From NCBI GenBank assembly GCA_035263105.1, contig DATFRO010000021.1, forward strand, positions 41,254-105,253: a stretch of 64,000 nucleotides of DNA, in the 5' to 3' direction. The position numbers and the translations under genes were made by a program. Origin of the DNA: Steroidobacteraceae bacterium. GTDB taxonomy: Bacteria > Pseudomonadota > Gammaproteobacteria > Steroidobacterales > Steroidobacteraceae. The notes under the pieces were generated by a model. It saw only the letters and a list, made by a program, of their open reading frames with translations, was not told the origin of the DNA and did no database searches. Positions 55,866 through 64,000 of the stretch are shown piece by piece; position 1 is the first letter of the stretch; every line of letters begins with the position of its first letter.

Positions 55866-57074
55866 TCAGCGCGAGGCCGGCAGGCGGATGGTCTCGTGGC
55901 GCTCGAGGAGGCCGAGAAGAATACCGGCGGCGAGCGCAAGCAGCGGGTCGGTGATCTCCGCGGAGCGCTCCGGGAGCCAGAGCTGCGTCACTTCGATGCC
56001 TGCGAGCAGCAGCGCCGTCAGACCCGTCGCGATTCCCAGCGAAGTGCCCCGGCGCAGGAGCAGCCACACGAGCGAGAAATACCAGAAGCACTTCTCGAGC
56101 AGCACGGAGTAGTTGACCTCCAGGCTGTCGCTGAGTGAGTTCATGAAGGGCACCCAGCTGAAGGAATGCGGCTGGGCGAGAAATACGTACGGCTTGAGTC
56201 CTTCCTCGATGATCACGCCGGCGAGCAGGATCGCGAGCACCGTGGCGCGCCTGCGATCCGGGATCACCGCCATCAACGCCGAGGCGGGAATACAAATAAC
56301 CAGCGCCAGCAGCTCCGAGGGCACGAGCACCTTGCCGACCACCATGATGCGTCCGAGCAGCACGACGGCGGCGATGACGGCAAACGCATGCAGCACGTAC
56401 TCGCGCCGCCACAGCCGGCGGATCGCGTAGCCCGCGATCAGCCAGCCGACGACGTAGCGGTACGTGTCGAGCGCGCTGAACTGCGGATCGACGAAGAGCG
56501 GCTTGAGCGCGTCCTTGTACTTCTGCCAGTCGATCGTCGGCACGAACGGCGCGAGACGAAAGCCGAGCCACAGCAGGAGGATCCCGAGCGGCACAGGGTC
56601 GGGCCGGCCGGGCGCGATGCCGGGGACGCGGATGGTCGAGCCGATCTCGAGATAGATGAGCGCGATCAGGCCGCCGCCCAGGGTGCCCGCGGCGTTGAGC
56701 ACCACGTCGGTGAGACTCGAGACGCGCGACGGCGCATGGACCTGCAGCATCTCCACGCCGACGGAGAGCATCGTGCCGAGCAGCAGCGTCCAGAAGAGCC
56801 GCGTCAGTCGTCCCCAGTGCGCCGGCCACGACAGCAGCAGGCACAGGCCGAGCGGCGCGTACAGCAGCAGGTTCGCCACCAGGTCGCCGCGCGAGGTGCG
56901 CTGGAAGCGCAGGCCCATCAGCAGGTCGAAAAAGCCGGTCCCGCCGAGCACGTCGAACTCGAACGGGAACAGCGAGCCGTAGAGGATCAGGATGACGGTC
57001 GCGACGGTCAGCCAGCGCGCCACCGGGCGGAAATTGGGCGGGCTGCTCCTGATACGCGGCGCCGCTTCACGCAT
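55866..57074 (-). CDS. VanZ-like family membrane protein with additional C-terminal TM helices
   Basis: N-terminal VATVILILYGSLFPFEF and about 10 TM helices. The VanZ-like pattern is in the first 130 aa or so. Confidence 0.6.
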   Translation of the reverse strand: MREAAPRIRSSPPNFRPVARWLTVATVILILYGSLFPFEFDVLGGTGFFDLLMGLRFQRTSRGDLVANLLLYAPLGLCLLLSWPAHWGRLTRLFWTLLLGTMLSVGVEMLQVHAPSRVSSLTDVVLNAAGTLGGGLIALIYLEIGSTIRVPGIAPGRPDPVPLGILLLWLGFRLAPFVPTIDWQKYKDALKPLFVDPQFSALDTYRYVVGWLIAGYAIRRLWRREYVLHAFAVIAAVVLLGRIMVVGKVLVPSELLALVICIPASALMAVIPDRRRATVLAILLAGVIIEEGLKPYVFLAQPHSFSWVPFMNSLSDSLEVNYSVLLEKCFWYFSLVWLLLRRGTSLGIATGLTALLLAGIEVTQLWLPERSAEITDPLLALAAGILLGLLERHETIRLPASR

Positions 57075-57253
57075 CGGGCGCCGGGACCCGCGTAGCGAGG
57101 GGAACGATCACAGCGCGCACACTAACCAACCTCGGCTCACGATGAAAGCGCGCGCGCCTGACGCAAGGCGGCGACAGCGGAACGTCGCGGCGAATTCGTG
57201 CATGCTATGTCCCAACGCGATTGTCCGCGCGCGCCGCGGGGAGATGCATCGAC

Positions 57254-57703
57254 ATGAAGAAGTGGCTCCTGGCACTCGCCGTGGTACCGATGCTCGCGGG
57301 ATGCAGCCACTGGTCGTGGAACCCGAAGGACTGGTTCGCGAGCAAGCCCGAGCCCGTGCCAGCGCCGGTCGACATGCTCAACATCCAGTCGGAGTCCGCC
57401 AACGCAACCGGCGAACGCTTCGTGCAGACGTGGGAAGGCGCACGCCTGGTCGTCGACCTCTACAGCGGGAGCGGCATCGGCAAGGCGATCGTCAAGCCGC
57501 GCGACCAGGGCTGGCCGCTCAAGCTCGCGTTCCGGCTCAACCTCTCAGCGGTCGAGAGCTTCGAAGTGCGCGGCGTGCAGAACCAGCGCTGGAACCTCGG
57601 TCACGATCCGCTCACGCAACCCGCGCTGATCGACGTGCCCTACGGCACGTACAAGAAGGACACGCCGCAGATCGAGATCGCCTGGGTGGATCACTACCGG
57701 TGA
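57254..57703 (+). CDS. hypothetical lipoprotein
   Basis: MKKWLLALAVVPMLAGC lipobox. No family recognised. Confidence 0.6.
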   Translation: MKKWLLALAVVPMLAGCSHWSWNPKDWFASKPEPVPAPVDMLNIQSESANATGERFVQTWEGARLVVDLYSGSGIGKAIVKPRDQGWPLKLAFRLNLSAVESFEVRGVQNQRWNLGHDPLTQPALIDVPYGTYKKDTPQIEIAWVDHYR

Positions 57704-57709
57704 GGATCC

Positions 57710-58363
57710 TCAGGTCGGCGGTTGATCGCCGGAGAACTTGATCGGCGTGGCGCCGGTCACTTCGCCGATCGTCGCGCGATCGCTCACGTAGAGCTTCACT
57801 TCGCGACCGAACTTGAGCGCTCCCTGCACCGTGGCGCCCGGCCCGATGACGATGACGGGCACATCCTTGGTGAAGGAGATGTTGAACCCGTGCACCTGCT
57901 CGACGGTGATGCCGCCCTCAACCTTCGAGTCGGCGCCAACCGTGATGTCGCCGGTGACGGTGTGAAGTCCGCCGCCGACATGCGCGCCGTCGAGATTGAA
58001 GCGACCGTTGACGTTCTCAACCTTGCCGGTGACATCGGCGCCTTTCTGCAAGGTCATCGAACCGTTCACAGATGAGAGATTGCCTGAGACCTTGGCGCCC
58101 GGGCCGAGCGTGATCGAGCCATTCACGGTCTCCGCGGATTCCGCGGTCGCCTGATCGCCGATCGTGATCGAACCGTTGACCGTCTCCGCGTGCTTCACCG
58201 CGGCGTTCGAGGCGACGTGAATCGCGCCATTCACCGTCGAGGCATTGTCTGGCGCTTGCCCGGCCGCGACGTTGATCGAGCCATTGACCTTGTCATTGCC
58301 GTTCTCGGCATCGCACGCCGCTGCAGACAGCGCCAGGATCATCACCAGCAGGTGTTTCATCAT
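57710..58363 (-). CDS. lipoprotein built of VNGS(I/M)T-type beta-helix-like repeats (bactofilin/DUF583-like repeat pattern)
   Basis: MMKHLLVMILALSAAAC lipobox. At least seven repeats follow of the form (E/S)TVNGSI(T/H)(I/L/V).... Confidence 0.55.
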   Translation of the reverse strand: MMKHLLVMILALSAAACDAENGNDKVNGSINVAAGQAPDNASTVNGAIHVASNAAVKHAETVNGSITIGDQATAESAETVNGSITLGPGAKVSGNLSSVNGSMTLQKGADVTGKVENVNGRFNLDGAHVGGGLHTVTGDITVGADSKVEGGITVEQVHGFNISFTKDVPVIVIGPGATVQGALKFGREVKLYVSDRATIGEVTGATPIKFSGDQPPT

Positions 58364-58403
58364 CGGAGCACTCCTCGGGCATACTCGCGGGCGGCCCGCC
58401 TTC

Positions 58404-61025
58404 ATGTCGCGCGATCTTCCCATATTCGAGATTCTTCCGGCACTCCGGCAGGCGTTGCTGGCGCATCGCAACGCCGTACTGCAGGCGCCGCCGGGCGCCG
58501 GCAAGAGCACGGTAGTGCCGCTGGAACTCCTGGGCGAGCCATGGATGCGCGGCCAGCGCCTCATCATGCTCGAGCCGCGCCGGCTCGCGACCCGCGCGGT
58601 GGCAGCGCGTATGGCGCAGACGCTCGGCGAGTCTGTCGGCGGGACAGTCGGCTACCGGATGCGGCTCGAAAGCCGCGTGGGCCCCACGACGCGCATTGAA
58701 GTCGTGACCGAAGGCGTGCTGGCCGCGATGCTTCAGCATGATGCGGCGCTCGAAGGCGTGGGCGCGATCCTGTTCGACGAGTTTCACGAACGGAGCCTGC
58801 AGGCCGACCTGGGTCTTGCGCTGTGCCTCGACGTGCAGGCGGCGCTGCGGCCGGAGCTCAGGCTCCTGGTGATGTCAGCCACGATTGCCGCCGACGCCGT
58901 TGCCGCGCTCCTGCACGATGCGCCGATCGTGCGCTCGACGGGTAAGCTCCACCCTGTCGAGGTGCACTACCTGACGAGCACGGCGCGACGGCCTGCGGCG
59001 CGGCTGGGAAGCGAAGACACGCTCGCGGTCGCCAAGCTTGCAGCGTCGGGTGCGCAGCGCGCGCTCAACGAGCAGCGCGGCGATGCCCTGGTGTTCCTGC
59101 CGGGCGCGGCCGAGATCCGGCGCGTCGCGAGCCTGCTCGACGAGCAATTGAACGACTCGAGCGTTCGCGTGTTGCCGCTCATGGGCGAGCTCGATTTCGC
59201 CGCGCAGGACTTGGCGCTCAAGCCCGCCGCGCCGGGAACGCGCAAGATCGTGCTCGCGACCAACATCGCGGAGACGAGCCTCACGATCGAAGGGATCGGT
59301 TCGGTCGTCGATTCCGGGCTCGTACGGCGTTCGCGGTTCGATCCCACGAGCGGCATGAGCCGGCTCGAGACGCTGCCGATTTCGCGTGCGTCGGCGGAGC
59401 AGCGCTGCGGTCGCGCCGGTCGGCTCGGGCCGGGGCTGTGCCTGCGCTTGTGGACCGAGGGCACGCAGGCGTCGCTCGAAGCGCAGACACCGGCGGAGAT
59501 ACTCGAGGCCGATCTCGCGTCGCTGGCCCTCGACCTCGCGGCCTGGAACGTGGTGGATCCGAAGACCTTGCGTTGGCTGGATCCGCCGCCCGCTGCGCCT
59601 TACGAACAGGCGCGTGAGTTGCTCGCGAGCCTCGACGCGCTCGATTCCGCGGGACGCATCACGCCGGCGGGCCGCGAGATGCTCGTGCTGCGCGTCCATC
59701 CGCGCCTTGCGCACATGCTGCTCCGATCGCGCGACCTTGGGTTGCAGGACGAGGCGTGCGATCTCGCGGCGCTCCTGAGTGAGCGCGATGTGTTTGCGCG
59801 GACGGACGCGGAAGATGCGGACATTCGCAGCCGGCTCGAGGCGCTGCGGGGTGAATCGCACGGCGGCGCGCGTCTCGACAAGGCGGCGCTAGAGCGGGTG
59901 CGTCGCGTGTCTGGGCAACTTCGGCAACGGCTGGGCGAGCGTTCGCGAGGCGCACGAAAAAAGGGCGCGCGCACTGCTGATGAGGTAACTGCCTCTGCTG
60001 GCAGCGCTGCTGCCGCTCGCGTGGCTGCTGCTGAGGTGTCTGCCGTCGATGTTGCCGGCGTGCTTCTCGCGTGGGCCTATCCGGATCGGATCGCGCGCCG
60101 GCGCGATGAAGGGCAGGGCCGCTACGTCCTCAGCAACGGGCGCGGCGCGCGCTTTACAACCGCGCAGTCATTGGCGAAAGCGGAATTCCTGGTCGTCGCC
60201 GCGCTCGACGATCGCGAGCGCGAGGCGCGGATCTTCATGGCAGCTCCGCTGAGTCGCAAAGCGCTCGAGACAGCGCTCAGCGAGCATTTCACCGTCACGG
60301 AGCGTATCGACTGGAACGAGCGCGAGCGCGCGGTGGAGGCGGTAGTCGAACGGCGGCTCGGCGTGCTCGTCGTCGATTCCGGGCCGCTCACCGACGCCGA
60401 TCCGACGCGCGTCGCGCAAGCGCTCATCGCGGGCATCCGCCGCTTGTCACTCACCGTGCTGCCCTGGGATCGCGAGACACGAGCCTGGCAAGCGCGGCTG
60501 CGGTTCGTGCGCGCGCTGCCTTCGCAGAGCGGCGTCGCGTGGCCGGACGTCAGCGATGCGGCACTCCTCGCGGGGCTGGAAACCTGGCTGGCGCCGTGGC
60601 TCGACGGCCTGAGCCGCGTCGACCATCTCGCGCGACTCGATCTCACCGCGATCCTCGGCTCGATGCTGGGTCGCGACCTGCAACGTCGGCTCGAGCAACT
60701 CGCGCCCACGCACGTGCAGGTGCCGAGCGGCTCGCGCATCCGGATCGATTACGAGGATGAAGCGCCGTCGTTGTCGGTGCGCTTGCAGGAAGTGTTCGGG
60801 CTCGCCGTCACGCCGCGCATTGGCGGTGGCACGGTCCCGCTGGTGCTCAAGCTCCTCTCGCCCGCGCAGCGGCCGGTGCAGGTCACGCGCGATCTCGCGA
60901 GCTTCTGGGCCAATGGCTACGCGGAAGTGCGCAAGGAGCTGAAGGGACGCTATCCCAAGCACGCCTGGCCCGAGGATCCGCGCACGGCACCCGCGATGCG
61001 CGGCGCGCGGCGGCGTAAAGCCTGA
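58404..61025 (+). CDS. hrpB: ATP-dependent RNA helicase HrpB (DEAH-box)
   Basis: LPIFEILPALRQAL ... LQAPPGAGKST (motif I), DEFHER (motif II), SAT, the helicase C domain and the HrpB C-terminal domain ending ...RYPKHAWPEDP. The ATG at 58404 is preferred. Confidence 0.9.
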   Translation: MSRDLPIFEILPALRQALLAHRNAVLQAPPGAGKSTVVPLELLGEPWMRGQRLIMLEPRRLATRAVAARMAQTLGESVGGTVGYRMRLESRVGPTTRIEVVTEGVLAAMLQHDAALEGVGAILFDEFHERSLQADLGLALCLDVQAALRPELRLLVMSATIAADAVAALLHDAPIVRSTGKLHPVEVHYLTSTARRPAARLGSEDTLAVAKLAASGAQRALNEQRGDALVFLPGAAEIRRVASLLDEQLNDSSVRVLPLMGELDFAAQDLALKPAAPGTRKIVLATNIAETSLTIEGIGSVVDSGLVRRSRFDPTSGMSRLETLPISRASAEQRCGRAGRLGPGLCLRLWTEGTQASLEAQTPAEILEADLASLALDLAAWNVVDPKTLRWLDPPPAAPYEQARELLASLDALDSAGRITPAGREMLVLRVHPRLAHMLLRSRDLGLQDEACDLAALLSERDVFARTDAEDADIRSRLEALRGESHGGARLDKAALERVRRVSGQLRQRLGERSRGARKKGARTADEVTASAGSAAAARVAAAEVSAVDVAGVLLAWAYPDRIARRRDEGQGRYVLSNGRGARFTTAQSLAKAEFLVVAALDDREREARIFMAAPLSRKALETALSEHFTVTERIDWNERERAVEAVVERRLGVLVVDSGPLTDADPTRVAQALIAGIRRLSLTVLPWDRETRAWQARLRFVRALPSQSGVAWPDVSDAALLAGLETWLAPWLDGLSRVDHLARLDLTAILGSMLGRDLQRRLEQLAPTHVQVPSGSRIRIDYEDEAPSLSVRLQEVFGLAVTPRIGGGTVPLVLKLLSPAQRPVQVTRDLASFWANGYAEVRKELKGRYPKHAWPEDPRTAPAMRGARRRKA

Positions 61026-61110
61026 GGCGGATCGATTCGCGCCGGTGCTCGGCGGCGCAGGGAGTGGCGTTGACGGGTTCGAGCGGGCGCAGGCTTGGCG
61101 GCCCGATGAG

Positions 61111-63003
61111 TTACTTCTGGATCGAGAAGCGCATCCGGATGGCCATCAGCTGGTCATGCGGAGTGCCGTCGACCATCATCGGCTTGAACTTCCAGCGCTT
61201 GAGGGCCTTGGCCGCGGCATCGTCGAAGATGCCCTGCGGCTGCGCGTTCACGACCACGACGTCCTTCACGTCACCGGTGGCCGTGGCGATGAACTGCATG
61301 TCCACGTAACCCTCGATGTTCTTGCGCTCGGCAGAGGTCGGATAGTCCGGGGTCACGCGCTTGACGATCATCTCCTCGCGCACGCCGATCGGCTTGCTCA
61401 CCGCCTCGGCCCGGCGCTGCGCGCTGCCGACGGCCGCAGTCGCGGATTCGAGTCCCGCGCCGCTCGCGCCGAACTTGCGCGCCTCATCGAGCATACGCTG
61501 CGCGCGCGCGACGTCGTCGCGCTTGGCGGAATCCTCGACCGCGGTGAGGAGCTGCGCCTTGAACGAGTCGACCACCGCGGGCAACTGCGGATAGTCCGGG
61601 AACTGCTGCTGGAGAGTCGCGACGTAGTAGCGCGCGCTGTCGTTGGCGGGATCTAGCAGCTGGCCGGCGTTGAGCCGGTCGCGCGCGAGCCCGAGCAGGC
61701 GATCCGCATCGGCGGCCTTGGCCCGCTGACCGGTCTTCATGTCGCGCTCCGCCTTGGCGAAGTCGATGCCGTTCACGTCGAGGGCGCGCGCCTGCGCCAG
61801 CCAGCGGTCGGCCGTATCGGCGTCGCCGCGCCCCGCGGCCTGCTGGCCCTTCTGCAACATCTTGTTGGCGAGCGAGCGCAAGCTCTGCTGCGCGAGCAGG
61901 CTCGCGCTGTCGAGGTCGTGCGCACTGTTGAAATAGAACTTCGCGCTGTCATTCGCCGGGTCGACGAGCTTGTCCTGGCTCATCCGGTCGTTGCCCAGCT
62001 TGATCAGCTGCGCGAGCTTCTGGCTGGTGGCATCGGCACGCGCGCTTTCCTGCTGCTGCGCCGCCGAGCGCTCCATCTCGCGCGACACCTGCGCGTCGAG
62101 AAACGCGATGCGCGGATGCGTCGGGGTGATCGAGCGTGCGATCTTGATCGCGGCCGCCGCTTCACGCGGCTTCTGGTCGAGAAGCGCCGCCTCGGCGCGC
62201 GCCAGCATCACTTCGGTCACGCGCACCAGGCCGTCGCGCGCTTCCGCATTGTTGGCGTCGATGGCGAGCGCCGCGCGGTACAGATCCGCAGCGTTGTTGT
62301 TCTTCGGGTCGATGTAGCGACCCGCTTCGAAGGCCTCGCGCGCCTTCTGCAACTGTGTTTCGACCGCGGTTGCCTTCTCGACGGTCGGATTGGCAGCGGT
62401 CGTGCCAGTCGCGACGCTCCCCGTATCCGAGGAGTTGCCGGAGTGGCGCATCGCGAGCCAGCCGACGACACCGCCGACGATGAGCACCGCGGCCGCGATG
62501 CCCGCATGGAGCGGCATGCGGCTCTTGCCCGACGAGGGCGCTGCAACGGCAGCCTCGGTCTTGAGCTCGAGGTGGCGGTTGATGCCCATTTCGAGCGCGG
62601 AGGCGAGGAGCTCCGTGGTCTTCGCCTTGACGACGAAGCCCTGCACGTCCTCGGAGTTGATGTAGCGCATGACGCGCTGTTCGTCGTCCGGCTCGCCTGC
62701 GACGACGAAACCGAGGTCGGGGAACTGCTGAGCGAGCCGCCGCGCGACCGCTTCGAGGTCCTTGCGCACCAGCGCGTAGTCGAGCAGCGCCACCGCGCAC
62801 GGCGTCTGCAGGAGCATGTCCGCCGCCTGCGACTCACTCGTCGCATGCCACACGCGGTTCGGCAGCGTCACCACGCGACGCACCGCGAGCAGGAAGAAAT
62901 CGTCCTCGGTCAGCACCAGCACATCGATGCCCGCACCGGAGGGCGCAGGCGCGATGGTATTGACCGGGCCGGATTGCAGGTTGCGTGCCGCGCTTGGCTT
63001 CAC
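61111..63003 (-). CDS. receiver-like domain - TM - helical repeat region - TonB_C domain protein
   Basis: N-terminus IDVLVLTEDD ... VALLDYAL ... FVVAGE ... VQGFVVKA (REC-like order of Asp/Asp/Lys positions). TM: AAVLIVGGVVGWLAM. TPR/Sel1-like repeats follow. The C-terminus is EGYVDMQFIATATGDVKDVVVV ... AAAKALKRWKFKP. GTG start with a GGAG Shine-Dalgarno. Confidence 0.7.
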   Translation of the reverse strand: MKPSAARNLQSGPVNTIAPAPSGAGIDVLVLTEDDFFLLAVRRVVTLPNRVWHATSESQAADMLLQTPCAVALLDYALVRKDLEAVARRLAQQFPDLGFVVAGEPDDEQRVMRYINSEDVQGFVVKAKTTELLASALEMGINRHLELKTEAAVAAPSSGKSRMPLHAGIAAAVLIVGGVVGWLAMRHSGNSSDTGSVATGTTAANPTVEKATAVETQLQKAREAFEAGRYIDPKNNNAADLYRAALAIDANNAEARDGLVRVTEVMLARAEAALLDQKPREAAAAIKIARSITPTHPRIAFLDAQVSREMERSAAQQQESARADATSQKLAQLIKLGNDRMSQDKLVDPANDSAKFYFNSAHDLDSASLLAQQSLRSLANKMLQKGQQAAGRGDADTADRWLAQARALDVNGIDFAKAERDMKTGQRAKAADADRLLGLARDRLNAGQLLDPANDSARYYVATLQQQFPDYPQLPAVVDSFKAQLLTAVEDSAKRDDVARAQRMLDEARKFGASGAGLESATAAVGSAQRRAEAVSKPIGVREEMIVKRVTPDYPTSAERKNIEGYVDMQFIATATGDVKDVVVVNAQPQGIFDDAAAKALKRWKFKPMMVDGTPHDQLMAIRMRFSIQK

Positions 63004-63019
63004 GATACGACTCCGAAAG

Positions 63020-63472
63020 TTACTCGAGACAGACGACCAGCTGCGCCGAATGACTGCGCCAGTTGATCGGGATCACGAAGGAACGGACGTTCGCCGGGGT
63101 CACGGCGTGATCCGGCGTGCCGGAGATGACGCGCGGCACCGAGATCATGAACTCGCTCCCGAAGTCGCGGCGCGCGTTGCCGGAAATCTGGTTGGCGACC
63201 TCGCCGACGAGATCGCACATGTTCTCGTGCGTCATGTCGGTCTCGCCGAGACGCATGAGGAGGACGGTCAGCATCGGGCGCGAGGCGGTGAAGTACACGA
63301 TGCCCTTGCGCTTGCCGCCGATCGTGATGATGCCGGTGTATTCCTGGATGCCGGGCGCGCCTTCGTTCACCAAATAGGGTGAGCCGACCGACGCCGGCTG
63401 GTTGGCGGCGGTCTGGAAATAGTGCGTCGTTCCCTCGACGAAGGTTTCCAGCTCGACCTTGGTCATGTTCAC
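63020..63472 (-). CDS. CheX-like chemotaxis phosphatase family protein
   Basis: 150 aa: FVEGTTHYFQT ... GIITIGGKRKGIVYF ... CDLVGEVANQISGNARRDFG, typical of CheX/CheC-like proteins. Confidence 0.7.
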   Translation of the reverse strand: MNMTKVELETFVEGTTHYFQTAANQPASVGSPYLVNEGAPGIQEYTGIITIGGKRKGIVYFTASRPMLTVLLMRLGETDMTHENMCDLVGEVANQISGNARRDFGSEFMISVPRVISGTPDHAVTPANVRSFVIPINWRSHSAQLVVCLE

Positions 63473-63855
63473 GCTGCCGCACCTCGCAGCAGCTCATCGA
63501 GCGCATCGGTGAGCTGCCGGTCGGAGAAAGGCTTGCACAGAAAACCGTTGGCGCCGCGCTTCATCGCCTCGATCGCCGTCGCCTTGTCGGCGAGCGCGCT
63601 GACCACGAGGATCAGCACGTCGGGCTTGATCGCGACCAGCTGTTCCACGCACTCGATGCCGTCCATCTCCGGCATGGTGATGTCCATCGTCACGACGTCG
63701 GGCTCCGTGCGGCGGAAGAGCTCGACCGCCTGCTTGCCGTTGCCGGCCGAGCCGACGAACTGCAGCCGCGCGCACTGGTGCGAGCGCTCGATCTTGCGAC
63801 GCATGATGTTCGAGTCGTCGACGATCATCAGCTTCAAGGGTGCAACCGCGTTCAA
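63469..63855 (-). CDS. CheY-like single-domain response regulator
   Basis: LKLMIVDDSNIMR ... VVTMDITMPEMDG ... VVSAL ... ANGFLCKPF. Confidence 0.9.
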   Translation of the reverse strand: MNAVAPLKLMIVDDSNIMRRKIERSHQCARLQFVGSAGNGKQAVELFRRTEPDVVTMDITMPEMDGIECVEQLVAIKPDVLILVVSALADKATAIEAMKRGANGFLCKPFSDRQLTDALDELLRGAAA

Positions 63856-63887
63856 TCCGCAACTCCTGTTGTTATTGAAGGGTCAGC

Positions 63888-64000
63888 TCAGGCCGCCCGC
63901 GAGGCCTTCGCGGAAGCGGGCAGCCAGATGCGGAAGCGCGCAAAGCGGCCGACCGTGGTCGAGACGCCTACCTTGCCTCCCATTTCCTGGATCAGGTTGC
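63888..64000 (-). CDS. C-terminal end of a histidine kinase (HATPase domain), the rest outside the window
   Basis: Own translation of the minus strand: ...NLIQEMGGKVGVSTTVGRFARFRIWLPASAKASRAA-stop, the typical G2-box to C-terminus segment of sensor kinases. Confidence 0.6.
   Translation of the reverse strand, partial: NLIQEMGGKVGVSTTVGRFARFRIWLPASAKASRAA

Overview
High-GC (roughly two-thirds G+C by eye) chromosomal segment, probably from a Gammaproteobacterium. That taxon call is an inference from three things: a glrK-qseG-glrR type two-component operon, a PA0069-family radical SAM gene behind an E. coli-type LexA box, and hrpB. I support about 55 protein-coding genes. I recognised no rRNA, tRNA, CRISPR array or transposase; the only mobile element is an intein.

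The window holds housekeeping and accessory genes:
- ilvA, hrpB, two MFS transporters, two AI-2E transporters, an Fe/Mn SOD, cytochrome c and ygiD.
- Many small envelope or stress proteins: EF-hand, GlsB/YeaQ, DUF1328, BON/OsmY and several lipoproteins.
- Several signalling genes.

Four things stand out:
1. A tightly coupled 12-gene operon of about 14 kb (38707-52874). It combines an ExbB/TolQ-like proton channel with two paralogous proteins that have an ExbD/TolR-like Asp-containing TM helix fused to a coiled coil and a vWA domain. It also encodes a TolA/TonB-like anchored spacer protein, a degenerate Hsp70/actin-like protein ending in an FHA domain, an atypical Ser/Thr kinase (VAIK Lys to Arg), an FHA-like/PEGA/FGE-sulfatase membrane protein and four lipoproteins. 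I cannot assign this combination to any named system, and it is my best candidate for an undescribed envelope machine.
2. A full-length LAGLIDADG intein sits inside the CxxxCxxC iron-sulfur motif of the SOS-box-preceded radical SAM gene.
3. Six strong sigma54 (-24/-12) promoter matches all lie in intergenic DNA. Five are correctly oriented in front of small envelope/stress genes and one is an orphan. Two sigma54 activators are encoded in the window.
4. Two TonB_C-domain proteins have unusual architectures.

Many long ORFs in the six-frame track are antisense shadow ORFs typical of high-GC DNA, and I rejected them.
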